This document shows, one piece after another, positions 1-9,200 of a DNA stretch of 64,000 bases. The stretch is taken from positions 153,778-217,777 of the forward strand of contig JAJDCA010000071.1 of the NCBI GenBank assembly GCA_029261055.1, written 5' to 3'. This DNA comes from Candidatus Omnitrophota bacterium (GTDB lineage Bacteria; Omnitrophota; Gorgyraeia; Zapsychrales; Zapsychraceae). Made by a program: the position numbers and the translations under genes. The notes beneath the pieces were generated by a model. That model was not told the origin of the DNA, ran no database searches, and saw only the letters and a program-made list of their open reading frames with translations. Every line of letters begins with the position of its first letter. Within the stretch, counting starts at the first letter, position 1.

Positions 1-1
1 G

Positions 2-490
2 CGCGCCCATGAGTTAGGCATGTTCACGATTCTTTGGTGTTATCTACGTAATCCTGGGTTTAAGAAGGGTGGAACAGATTATCATGCCGCGGCTGATCTG
101 ACTGGTCAGGCTAATCATTTAGGGGTTACCATTCAGGCAGATATTATCAAACAAAAACTTCCGGAAAATAATGGTGGATTTAATGCCTTAAAGTTTGCAA
201 AAACACATAAATCTGTTTACGACAAGCTTTCTTCTGATCATCCTATTGATTTATGCCGATACCAAGTAGCTAATTGTTATATGGGTAAAATTGGTCTTAT
301 CAATTCCGGTGGAGCTTCAGGCGATAATGATATGCAAGATGCTGTTAAAACAGCCGTTGTCAACAAGCGTGCAGGAGGGATGGGTTTGATTTCCGGCCGT
401 AAAGCGTTCCAAAAACCTGTCGATGAAGGAGTTAAACTCCTTAATGTTATTCAGGATGTGTATCTTTCTGATGAAGTAACGATTGCATAA
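2..490 (+). CDS. fbaB: Class I fructose-bisphosphate aldolase (DhnA/FbaB type), 5'-truncated by window edge
   Basis: Frame open from position 2 (RAHELGM...); motifs [41 protein letters not shown]. Confidence 0.9.
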   Translation, partial: RAHELGMFTILWCYLRNPGFKKGGTDYHAAADLTGQANHLGVTIQADIIKQKLPENNGGFNALKFAKTHKSVYDKLSSDHPIDLCRYQVANCYMGKIGLINSGGASGDNDMQDAVKTAVVNKRAGGMGLISGRKAFQKPVDEGVKLLNVIQDVYLSDEVTIA

Positions 491-507
491 GGTTTTTTAA
501 AAATATT

Positions 508-556
508 ATTAAAAAGGGCAATTTAATACAATTTGTATTAAATTGCCCTTTTTAAT
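508..556 (+). terminator. Long perfect hairpin, likely intrinsic (bidirectional) terminator
   Basis: ATTAAAAAGGGCAATTTAATACA-att-TGTATTAAATTGCCCTTTTTAAT directly after fbaB. Confidence 0.75.
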
Positions 557-570
557 GTCGGCCGTAATGA

Positions 571-599
571 TTGACAAATTTAAGAGAGTATGATACATT
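571..599 (+). promoter_or_regulatory. Sigma70-type promoter for the bamD operon
   Basis: TTGACA-17 bp-TACATT with TGn extension, 7 nt before ATG 607. Confidence 0.5.
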
Positions 600-606
600 T
601 TGCCTT

Positions 607-1563
607 ATGATTAAAAGATGTATAATAGTATTATTTTTATCCATATTTTCTTTATCAATTGCAAAAAATAGCTTCGCATTTTGGGTTTGGACACCGGAAA
701 CAAATAAATGGACCAACCCTAAATATTCCGTTAAAGAAACTCCCGCCGAACAACTTGAATATGCACAAGAATTTTATCAAGCCAAAGAATATAAAGAAGC
801 GATTCGGGAATATCGAAAATTATTGAAGCATTATCCTCGTGCGCGTCAGGCTCCTGATGCGCAGTATTTTATCGGACGTTGTTTTGAAAATCAGGAGCAG
901 CATTACGGTGCCTTTAAACAATATCAATTAGTGATAGATAAGTATCCATTTAGTGAACGCTCGGCAGAGATTGTAAAAAGACAGTATGATATTGGCGTGA
1001 AATTTTTAGAAGGAAAGACATCGCGCAGTAAGTTGATGGAAGCTATATCGGATGAAGATTATGACGTGGTTAACGTATTTAATGCGGTAATTAAGAATGC
1101 TCCTTATGGAGATTTAGCTGGTCCGGCGCAGTATAAAATTGGTTTGTATTTTTTAGAAAAGCAGTTGTATCAAGATGCCAGGGATGAGTTTGAAAAGGTG
1201 ATTAATGATTATCCGGATAGTGAATGGTCTAAGGCGGCAAAATATCAAATTGCTATGTCTGATTCTAAACGTTCTGCGGGCGCTCAGTATGATCAAAAAA
1301 TTACAGAATCAGCTGTAGAAGAATTTAAAGAATTTGTGGAGGTTTATCCGGAGGCGGAATTGTCTAAAGAGGCTAAAACACAAATTCAAGAATTGAAGGA
1401 AAAAGAAGCAGAAAATAATGTATTAGTTGCTAGATTTTATGAAAAACAAAAGAATTTTAAGGCAGCTAAGATGTATTATCAGACTATTGTTGATGAATAC
1501 CCAAGTTCAAAGTGGGCTTCTGAATCATTGAAGAAAATTCGTGACTTAGGAAAACAAAACTAA
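607..1563 (+). CDS. bamD: Outer membrane protein assembly factor BamD-like TPR protein
   Basis: Signal peptide, repeated TPR 'YP.S..A' motifs; upstream of lptE-holA; ATG 607 preferred over TTG 571. Confidence 0.75.
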   Translation: MIKRCIIVLFLSIFSLSIAKNSFAFWVWTPETNKWTNPKYSVKETPAEQLEYAQEFYQAKEYKEAIREYRKLLKHYPRARQAPDAQYFIGRCFENQEQHYGAFKQYQLVIDKYPFSERSAEIVKRQYDIGVKFLEGKTSRSKLMEAISDEDYDVVNVFNAVIKNAPYGDLAGPAQYKIGLYFLEKQLYQDARDEFEKVINDYPDSEWSKAAKYQIAMSDSKRSAGAQYDQKITESAVEEFKEFVEVYPEAELSKEAKTQIQELKEKEAENNVLVARFYEKQKNFKAAKMYYQTIVDEYPSSKWASESLKKIRDLGKQN

Positions 1564-1579
1564 GAGGTTAAAATACATA

Positions 1580-2116
1580 ATGCGTAAATTTATTTTTTTA
1601 TCTATTTTTTTAACAATTTTTTCCATAAGTTGCGGTTATTCTACACGGTCGACACTTCCAGCGAATATTAGAACTATTTATGTCGAACCTTTTAAAAATA
1701 ATATTGACTACACGGCATCAAGCGGGCGCAGGGTTTATTTTTCTTTATTGGAAGTTAATTCAAGGAATGCGGTGATTGATCGATTTTTGTTTGATGGTCG
1801 TTTGAAAATTGCTAAACCTGACGAAGCAGATTACATCCTTAAAGGGAATCTTGTGGGGTATGAAAGAAGTCCGTTAAGGTATACAGATAGCGATGATGTG
1901 GAAGAATATCGGGTGCATGTTAGTGTATCCTTTGAATTATTAAATCCTTACGCAGAGGAAGAGGGAGAGGAGGTTCTTTGGGCCGAACCTAGTTTTGTCG
2001 GAGAGGCTACCTATTTTGTAACAGGACCTTTAGCTTCATCTGAAGAAACAGCTGTGGATGAGGCTATTATTGATTTGGCGCGTCGTATTGTTGAACGGAC
2101 GATTGAGGATTGGTAA
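1580..2116 (+). CDS. lptE: LPS assembly lipoprotein LptE family
   Basis: Lipobox ISCGY, 'LPANIRTIYVEPFKN', C-terminal 'IIDLARRIVERTIEDW'. Confidence 0.75.
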   Translation: MRKFIFLSIFLTIFSISCGYSTRSTLPANIRTIYVEPFKNNIDYTASSGRRVYFSLLEVNSRNAVIDRFLFDGRLKIAKPDEADYILKGNLVGYERSPLRYTDSDDVEEYRVHVSVSFELLNPYAEEEGEEVLWAEPSFVGEATYFVTGPLASSEETAVDEAIIDLARRIVERTIEDW

Positions 2117-2760
2117 TGGTGTACCTCCTTTGCGGTGAGGATAGTGGTGCGAAAGACCGGAAAATTACAGAAATTAAGAAAAAGTATATTTCAAGCAATG
2201 AAGCCTTGGAATTTGATTATGAGGCTTTTTATGGACAAAAATTAGACCCTGCTGAATTAAAAAAATCTCTTATTGCCCTTCCCGCTGTTGCCAAACAAAG
2301 GCTCATTCTTATTCGTTCTGTCCACAAATTAAATCCTCAAAATAAAGAAATTATTTTTCAATTTATTCAGAAAAAAGAAAAATTATCGGTATTGATTTTA
2401 GATTCTGAAAAAATTGATGCAAAGGATAGTTTTACAAAAAAAATAACTCCGTTCGTTCAGTTGCTGCGTTTCTCAACGGAATCCCAGAAAAATGTTTTTG
2501 ATATGACAAGAGCCATGTCTTCTGGGAAAGGAGAGCAGGCCCTTAAAATATTAGAGGGTTTGATATCTTCCGGAACGCATCCTTTGCAGCTTATGGGTGG
2601 GTTAGTTTGGTTTTGGGGAAAGTCTCGGAATCGGTTATCGGAAGAGCGTTATCGCAATGGTCTTTTAGCTCTTGAAGAAGCAGATCTAAACATTAAACGA
2701 AGTCGTTTAAATCCTATTCATGCTTTGGAAATTTTGGTAGTTAAATTAATGAACATTTAG
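2110..2760 (+). CDS. holA: DNA polymerase III delta subunit (short form)
   Basis: 'VYLLCGED' N-terminus, 'EADLNIKRS...ALEILVVKL' C-terminus; lptE-holA-rpsT context. Confidence 0.7.
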   Translation: MVMVYLLCGEDSGAKDRKITEIKKKYISSNEALEFDYEAFYGQKLDPAELKKSLIALPAVAKQRLILIRSVHKLNPQNKEIIFQFIQKKEKLSVLILDSEKIDAKDSFTKKITPFVQLLRFSTESQKNVFDMTRAMSSGKGEQALKILEGLISSGTHPLQLMGGLVWFWGKSRNRLSEERYRNGLLALEEADLNIKRSRLNPIHALEILVVKLMNI

Positions 2761-2816
2761 GATGGAATTGAAGGGGTGCTGAGGTAAATGATAAGAATTT
2801 TTCTAATTAAGAATTA

Positions 2817-3089
2817 CTACTTATCACTTACCACAGTATTTAATAATTTACTAAATCGAGATTTTCGTCGTGAAGCAGTATTGTCATGTAGGATATTGCG
2901 TTTAGCGGCTTTATCCAATTTCTTTTGAACTAATTTTAGATTAGCTTGAGCATCTGAGGTGTTTTTATCGTTGACGCTGGTAAGAAATTGTTTGATTGTT
3001 TTCTTGAGGTCAGTTTTGATATCAAGATTATGCATCCGACGTTTTCTAGTTTTTCTTAATTCTTTAATTCCTGACTTTCTTTGCGGCAC
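2817..3089 (-). CDS. rpsT: 30S ribosomal protein S20
   Basis: 'KSGIKELR', 'LDKAAKRNILHDNTASRRKSR'. Confidence 0.95.
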   Translation of the reverse strand: MPQRKSGIKELRKTRKRRMHNLDIKTDLKKTIKQFLTSVNDKNTSDAQANLKLVQKKLDKAAKRNILHDNTASRRKSRFSKLLNTVVSDK

Positions 3090-3144
3090 AGTGCTGCTCC
3101 TTTCGTTAATTTAAGAAACGTCAATATATCAAATAGGTTCATTT

Positions 3145-4731
3145 ATGTCAACCAATAAATTTTCCCCCCGGGCTATTATTAAATCAACGTCTGTTTTATC
3201 TTTAGGGACCTTAAGTTCGCGTATTTTGGGGTTTTTACGAGATATTATTTTAGCAAAATTATTAGGAACTGGGATTAAAGCGGATGCTTTTTTTGTGGCC
3301 TTTAAAATTCCTAATTTATTTAGGGATTTTGTTGGGGAAGGGGCTACAAATGCAGCGGTTGTGCCTGTTTTTTCAGAATATTATGCCAAAAAAGATAAAG
3401 AGGACTTTTGGAACTTTGTGAGTGTTGTTCTTTCTTTAGCTTTTATTGTCCTTAGCGTAATTACTCTTTTGGGCATTGTTTTTGCACCTCTTATTGTTCG
3501 TATGATTGCACCGGGTTTTATGGCAGATCCGGAAAAACTTTTATTGACTATTCAGTTAACGAAATGGATGTTTCCGTATCTTATTTTTATTGGTTTGACG
3601 GCCTACAGTATGGGGATTCTTTACACTTTTCGATCGTTTGCGGTGCCGGCATTTAGTCCATGTTTGCTTAATATTGCCATTATTATTAGCGCGTTTATTT
3701 CTTCAAGAACGATGGTGGAGCCCGTATTTGGTCTGGCTGTGGGTGTTCTTGTAGGGGGGCTATTGCAGCTTATGATTCAATTAGTCCCATTAAAGAAATT
3801 AGGTATGCGATATCGAAAGCCTAAGACATTACGCCATCCCGGGGCAAAAAAGATTGGTCGATTGCTGTTGCCGAGAATGTTTGGAAGTGGGGTTTATCAG
3901 CTAACGGTGCTGATTGATACGTTTTGTGCTTCTTTATCTTTTGTTGTCGGGCAAGGTGGAATTTCTGCAATTTATTATGCAAATCGACTCATTCAGTTTC
4001 CTATGGGGGTTTTTGGCGTTGCTTTAGCTAATGTAGTGTTGCCGACACTTTCCGATTTTGCCCACAAAAAAGATATGGATTCTATGAAAAAAACAATTGT
4101 TTTTTCTTTGGAAAATATCTTTTTTGTGATGTGTCCTTTTATTGTTATATTTGCACTTTTATCGACGCCTATCATTCGGGTGCTTTTTCAGCGTGGGGAA
4201 TTTAATGCTTATTCTACCGATATTACGTCCTGGGCGCTTACGTTTTATGGTTTGGGATTATTTAGTTTTGGCGGGATTAAGATTTTGGTGACGGCATTTC
4301 ATGCTCTTCAGGATACGAAGACACCTGTTAAAGTGGCTATTTTTTGTTTGGTTGTGAACGCAGTTTTGAATTTTGTTTTAATGGGTCCGCTTAAAATCGG
4401 CGGCATTGCGTTGGCCAGTGCCATAGCGGGGACTGTTGATTTTTTGATACTTTTTTATTTTCTTGAAAAAAAGCTTGGTAAGTTTAATGGCCAATTAAAA
4501 ATGTATTTCTTAAAGGTGATTTTGGCTGCAGCCCTTACCGGGGTTGGGATGTTTACTTTTTGGCGATATTGTTTTATTTCCAATGAAATCATTAAGTTAT
4601 GTTTTGCAATCATAAGCGGATTTTTATTTTACGGGTATGTCTGTTATGTATTCAAAGTTATGCAAGCTCAAAAGGTTTGGAAGTGGTTAAGAGATTGTCC
4701 CAAAACAGCTTGGACAACTCCCAAGAAGTAG
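3145..4731 (+). CDS. murJ: Lipid II flippase MurJ (MviN)
   Basis: 'SRILGFLRD', 'DAFFVAFKIPNLFR..GEGA', 'YYANRLIQFPMG', 'DTKTP'. Confidence 0.95.
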   Translation: MSTNKFSPRAIIKSTSVLSLGTLSSRILGFLRDIILAKLLGTGIKADAFFVAFKIPNLFRDFVGEGATNAAVVPVFSEYYAKKDKEDFWNFVSVVLSLAFIVLSVITLLGIVFAPLIVRMIAPGFMADPEKLLLTIQLTKWMFPYLIFIGLTAYSMGILYTFRSFAVPAFSPCLLNIAIIISAFISSRTMVEPVFGLAVGVLVGGLLQLMIQLVPLKKLGMRYRKPKTLRHPGAKKIGRLLLPRMFGSGVYQLTVLIDTFCASLSFVVGQGGISAIYYANRLIQFPMGVFGVALANVVLPTLSDFAHKKDMDSMKKTIVFSLENIFFVMCPFIVIFALLSTPIIRVLFQRGEFNAYSTDITSWALTFYGLGLFSFGGIKILVTAFHALQDTKTPVKVAIFCLVVNAVLNFVLMGPLKIGGIALASAIAGTVDFLILFYFLEKKLGKFNGQLKMYFLKVILAAALTGVGMFTFWRYCFISNEIIKLCFAIISGFLFYGYVCYVFKVMQAQKVWKWLRDCPKTAWTTPKK

Positions 4732-4838
4732 CTTCAGAGTTACGTAAGAAATTTTTTTACATAAAAATTTAAATATTGACAACTAACACGGTGATTTGTT
4801 ATGATAATCACCAAGTTAGTCGTTAATTGGAGGAATTT

Positions 4839-5978
4839 ATGGATATTAAAAGGTGTATCAATCTTCGGGCAACCCTTAATAAAAAATCATTATTTTTATT
4901 TGGCCCCAGGCAGACGGGGAAGTCCTGGTTGATCAATCGTTATTTTAAGGATTGTAGAATTTACGATCTTTTGGATAGTGAAACATATCTTTTATTAAAT
5001 CAAAATCCAAAAAGATTAGAACAAGAAATTCAGCCAGAGGATAAGATTGTTGTTATTGATGAAATACAAAAACTTCCATCTCTTCTTGATGAGGTGCATC
5101 GGCTTATTGAACAGAGGGGGCTTCATTTTTTATTGACCGGATCTAGTGCAAGAAAATTACGCCGGGGTGGTGTCAATTTATTGGGGGGGAGGGCGCGGTC
5201 GCGTCATTTACATCCTTTTATTTTTAACGAACTTAATAATCATTTCAATTTATTAAAAGCTCTTAATTATGGTTTGATTCCTTCTATTTATTTTTCTGAT
5301 GCCCCCCAGGAAGATTTAAAAGCATACGCCGGTGATTATTTAAAAGAAGAAATAGCGACGGAAGGGTTAACTCGTAATGTGCCGGCGTTTAGCCGTTTTT
5401 TACAAGTAGCAGCCTTATGCAACGGATTATTAATCAATTATGCCAGTATTTCTAGTGACGCGCAGGTGCCAAGCAGTACGGTTCAGGAGTATTTTCAAAT
5501 TCTACGCGATACCCTTATTGGGTTTGATGTGCCCGCGTGGAAAAAAAGTATAAAGCGTAAGCCTGTGGGTACCTCAAAATTTTATTTTTTTGATGGAGGC
5601 GTTGTTCGATTTTTACAGAATCGATCCCCCTTTGAAGAAAAATCTCCAGAATTTGGAGATGCCTTTGAAACGTACATAGCGCATGAATTAAAATCTTTTA
5701 TTGATTATTCTCTGTCAGGGGAGCTTTGTTACTGGCGCTCTAGATCAGGTTTTGAAGTTGATTTTATTGTTAATGATATGCTGGCGGTGGAGGTAAAAGC
5801 AAAACAAAATATTACACCCAAAGATATGCGTGGTATTAAAGCTTTACAGGAAGAGCATAAATTATCGCATTATGTTATTGTTTCTTTAGAACAGCGGCCT
5901 CGCATTGTAAATAATATTCACATCCTTCCCTGGAAAGATTTTCTTTTTCAATTATGGGATGGGAAATTTAATAAATAG
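4839..5978 (+). CDS. AAA+ ATPase with DUF4143 C-terminal domain
   Basis: Walker A GPRQTGKS, Walker B VIDEIQK, LTGSS, 'YWRSRSGFEVDF...AVEVK'; GGAGG before ATG 4839. Confidence 0.85.
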   Translation: MDIKRCINLRATLNKKSLFLFGPRQTGKSWLINRYFKDCRIYDLLDSETYLLLNQNPKRLEQEIQPEDKIVVIDEIQKLPSLLDEVHRLIEQRGLHFLLTGSSARKLRRGGVNLLGGRARSRHLHPFIFNELNNHFNLLKALNYGLIPSIYFSDAPQEDLKAYAGDYLKEEIATEGLTRNVPAFSRFLQVAALCNGLLINYASISSDAQVPSSTVQEYFQILRDTLIGFDVPAWKKSIKRKPVGTSKFYFFDGGVVRFLQNRSPFEEKSPEFGDAFETYIAHELKSFIDYSLSGELCYWRSRSGFEVDFIVNDMLAVEVKAKQNITPKDMRGIKALQEEHKLSHYVIVSLEQRPRIVNNIHILPWKDFLFQLWDGKFNK

Positions 5979-5996
5979 TCAAATTTTAAAAGAATA

Positions 5997-6239
5997 ATAA
6001 CATGTTGATACATAATAGTTTATGTTTTAATGAGTTTTTATTCGTTTATTAGAATTTCTGTAAACTATTAACCATCAGTTGGTTACAATATTCCTACCTG
6101 AAATTTGTGTCCCCTTGACATGTGCTTAAAATATGTTATCTTTTCAGTGTATTAGAGAAGAAAACGATATCTTGAGTCATTTCGTATAAAAACCTGCCAA
6201 TAATCCTGCCTGTCGGTAGACAGGCTCGCCACGGATTGG
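5997..6239 (+). promoter_or_regulatory. Conserved upstream region of giant gene 1 (two 27-bp IHF-like boxes, TTGACA/TATCTT promoter, CCAAT...ATTGG leader hairpin)
   Basis: Same layout and partial sequence identity at 52037-52263 upstream of the paralog. Confidence 0.65.
6205..6224. repeat. 20-bp CCTGCCTGCCGGCAGGCAGG-family palindrome (variant)
   Basis: CCTGCCTGTCGGTAGACAGG; related copies at 45112, 53118, 53292. Confidence 0.8.
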
Positions 6240-6267
6240 CCTATTTTTAACTCAATAGAGGAAAAAT

Positions 6268-9200
6268 ATGTTTATTTTACGCCAAAAACAACGGGTGCGT
6301 GTAGCGTACAGAGTGTTATCAGCCTTTATTATGGCCGTATTTTCCGTAACAACAATTATCCCAAGTGGTTATGCACAGAGTGTATCTTTGCCAACGGCAG
6401 GCACGGTTTTAAACCTTCCTGTGCCCGGCACGATGGTGGGCATAACCGAAGGATTTACCCCGGCTCTGATTAAAGGTATTACCATTTATCCGGACAATCC
6501 TTTGATGTTTGATTTTATTGTGGATAGCGGGCATTCTGAGATGACTGGAGAGGCCCTTAAAGATGAGGCGTCTGATATGATTAAATATTTCCTGGCGGCC
6601 TTAACCATTCCGGAAAAGGATTTATGGGTCAACTTGAGCCCGTATGAGGCGGACCGTATTATTCCTGATGGTTTGGGCGACACCTCTATGGGTCGCGATA
6701 TGTTGTCGCAAGATTATATGCTTAAACAACTTACGTCTTCGATGATGTATCCGGAGGATGAGCTGGGTGGTGAATTTTGGGAGCGTGTGTATGATAAGGC
6801 TTATGAAAAATTCGGCAACACCGACATTCCAATGAATACTTTTAACAAAATTTGGATTGTGCCACAGGCGGCTGAAGTCTATGAGCGTGAAAAAAGTGCT
6901 TTTGTAGTGGGCAGCCGTTTAAAGGTTATGTTGGAAGAAGACTATGTCGCTTTGCAGAAAAATTTAGGGGTGGAACAATATGGATTAGATGCGATGCCCA
7001 AGAGCGAGGCCAAGGTTGTCAGTGGTGTCACCTCAGAGGTAGTGCGTGAAGTCTTGATTCCTGAAATCGAACGCGAAATAAACGAAGGCGCCAACTTTGC
7101 CAAACTCCGCCAGATCTACCATGCCATGATTTTGTCTACGTGGTACAAAAAGAGGCTGCAGGAAAGTTTATTGGGACAGGTGTATGTAGATCAAAATAAA
7201 ACCATGGGCGTCGATACTCAGGATAAGCAGATCAACCAAAAAATTTACGATCAATATGTCGAATCTTTTAAAAAAGGCGTGTACAACTACATTAAAGAAG
7301 ATTACAACCCCGCCACCCAACAAATCACCCCCCGCAAATATTTCTCCGGCGGAATGAATCAATCCATGTTGAGCCGTATTTTTAAATTTATGGATAGGCC
7401 GACACGATTTGAGGTAGCACCGACAGGATTTGAGATATCCTACCAAACAAGTCTGATCGATGCCAATAAAGACAATGCGAGTATTGCCGTGCGTGTGAAA
7501 GAAGAGGTTGAATCGCAGGTTGATTTTGTGTTGATGAACTCAGAAAAAGAAATCGTTTCGGATGAGTCGATGCTTCAAGATTTTGATCCGTTTTTTTTGA
7601 TGAGTCTTATAACAAAATGGTCGCCTAAATATGAGGATGATTTAAAGGTATTCCACTTTATAAGGCATTTATATCTTGCCTGGATAGCGACGAAGGGGGA
7701 TCTTGCTAAGGCAACAATGACTTTAACGGAGAAGTCTTCATTTAAAAAATTTATTCAGGATAAAACTTTAGTCAATAAGGCTATTGAAGGGTCGCTTTAT
7801 GTGAATAATCCGAATATTAAAGGTTTGCTAAAAAACATCCGCACAGATATCACCAAGGCTGAAAATAAAATAAAGGCGGTAAGAAGAGAATTTGTTGGGG
7901 TGAATGAAAAAAGTACACAGGAAACGCAGGAGGCGGGGATGATCACGCTTCAGAATGTTCTTTTGAAAAATAAGAGTGCTGGTAAGACAGGGGAGGAGGA
8001 TGTTTTTGGAATAAGCATTAGTCGATTTCCAAGTGATCAATACGGTGAATTCGAGGCAAATTTTATCCAGAAAGATGGAAATACTGTGCAAATAATTGCA
8101 TGGCAAGAAAATAAAATTATTGACGTTGATTACAATCAGACAATGGAAAATTTTTACAAGGATCATAATTTATTTTATCGCAATAATAAAAAAGGGATTC
8201 CAACGGTAATTATTGAGGAAAAGTACGGAAAAAATAGAAAAATTTATAAAATTACACGTGGTGAAGGGCAAGAAGTAATGAAACAAAAGGATTTCAAAGA
8301 GCTTGTTTGGAATGATACGGCGATGGTTACAGATAAAGAAAGTCAGGCCGCTAAGAAGATATTGTTTGATTTTAGAGAAAGTGAAGCTAATAGGATGAAT
8401 ACTGCAAGAATACGAAGAGTCCATGTTCTTATGAATGCAATGAGAATTCGGTATGCCATAGGAAAAGATGAAGGAAGCAGTGTTGTTGGCATATTTTATG
8501 ATATGGAAAAAGCATTCTTGAAAAAGCAATCCAACTTCAAGCACTCAGATGCAATATTATTTTATCATACTGTTTTAGCGTTGGATCTACCAGACGAAGA
8601 ATACGTAACGCTAAAAAATAGTGTGATGCAAAGCTTGTTCCGTTTGGCAGAGAGAATAATGAAGGAAGAGGGGATCGTCATTAGTGTAAAGGAGATTTTA
8701 GCCCAGAAGGAAAAAATAAAAATGGCTATGATAAACGTTTTGCCGCATATGAAGCATTTTAAACATATGGAGTGGGGTGTCTATGATTACATTGATCGGG
8801 TTTTAAGCAGTTCAGATAAGAAATGGGATGAAGTATATTATTACAAGTACAAGGTGGCGATAAGTTTAGGGGAGAGCTATTCCAAGTTAGGGCATTCATT
8901 TGAAGGTGTTTTTGCGAAGATTAAGGGGAAGATAGCTTCTTTTCGGGCCAATGATTATGTAGATGTGTTTAGACAGTTGAATAAAAAATATACCGCGGAT
9001 GCATTGTATCAGGGGTTACCCTACACGGTAGATGGGGTGCGGATTTTTAAATCGAGATTAAAACAATACCGTCAGGATTTCAGATCGGCCATGGATACGC
9101 ACTATAAAAATATTTTTAAACTCGCACTTAAAGGTGAGCTGGAAGACAGTCCTTATGATATTTATGAAAATGAAGGGTCATCATTGCAAAATCAAGCAGG

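Noticed and set aside
6197-6239. Leader as a known riboswitch
   Set aside because: I could not match it to any class I know; kept only as an unknown conserved leader.
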